A stretch of DNA of 64,000 nucleotides from the NCBI RefSeq assembly GCF_036365525.1, contig NW_027142325.1, forward strand, positions 124,001 through 188,000, in the 5' to 3' direction. The notes under the pieces were generated by a model. It was not told the origin of the DNA and ran no database searches. It worked only from the letters and a program-made list of their open reading frames with translations. This DNA comes from Heterodontus francisci (taxonomy: Eukaryota). This document shows, in pieces, positions 63,555-64,000 of the stretch. The position numbers and the translations under genes were made by a program. Numbering within the stretch: the stretch's first letter is position 1; each line of letters opens with the position of its first letter.

Positions 63555-63935
63555 TCATAGAATCATACAGCACAGAAGGAGGCCATTCGGCCAATTGTGC
63601 CTGTACTACCTCCTTGAAAGAGAGTTCCAATTAGTTCGACTCAACTGCTCTTTCCCCATAACCCTGCAAAGTCTTCCCTTTCAAATATTTATCCAATTCC
63701 CTTTTGAAAGTTACTATTGAATCAGGCAGAACATTCCAGATCAGAACTCACTGTGTAAAAAATGTCTCCTCTTGTCACAGATCAGGCAGCATCTGTGGAG
63801 TGAGAAACAGAGTTAACATTAGTATTGAATCCGCTTCCACTGCCCTTTCAGGCAGTGCATTCCAGATCACAACAACTCGCTGTGTAAAATAACTGTCTCC
63901 TCATCTCACTTCTGCTTCTGGTTCTTTCTTAGCTC
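63555..63935 (-). mobile_element. CR1 3'-end fragments with a short Penelope pseudo-LTR piece
   Basis: catagaatcatacagcacagaaggaggccattcggcc tail; ggcagcatctgtggag...gagttaac at ~63785. Confidence 0.65.
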
Positions 63936-64000
63936 TGTGTCCTTTGGTCACTGAACACTTGAGAACCAATTTTGGGATGTGGTAGCCCTGGTGAGGCCAG

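Overview
Eukaryotic, repeat-dense vertebrate DNA. The repeat repertoire (HE1/V-SINE-type SINEs, CR1, Poseidon-type Penelope, Gmr1-like Gypsy, RTE, Tx1) points to a cartilaginous fish; the species cannot be determined. Most of the window is transposon-derived. Three things stand out. (1) A + strand multi-exon host gene not captured by the ORF track: signal-peptide exon (14959-15019), Siglec-15-like V-set exon (46051-46434), second V-set exon (47747-48097), transmembrane exon with a central Lys (60262-60361) and a probable short tail exon (62458-62473). This is a V-V-TM(K) activating-type Siglec-15-like receptor, and the conserved Ig Trp codon of its first V domain reads TAG. (2) Two Tx1-clade L1 retrotransposons and an unrelated short polyadenylated insert (1703-13780), all inserted at the same junction of a ~60-67 bp genomic repeat. 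This suggests a target-specific retrotransposon with a passenger RNA. (3) About 27 kb of intron 1 is one Gmr1-like LTR element (GGAG target-site duplication) filled with nested insertions. One assembly gap lies at 39551-39725. All coordinates were read by eye, TE boundaries are approximate, and no database searches were run.
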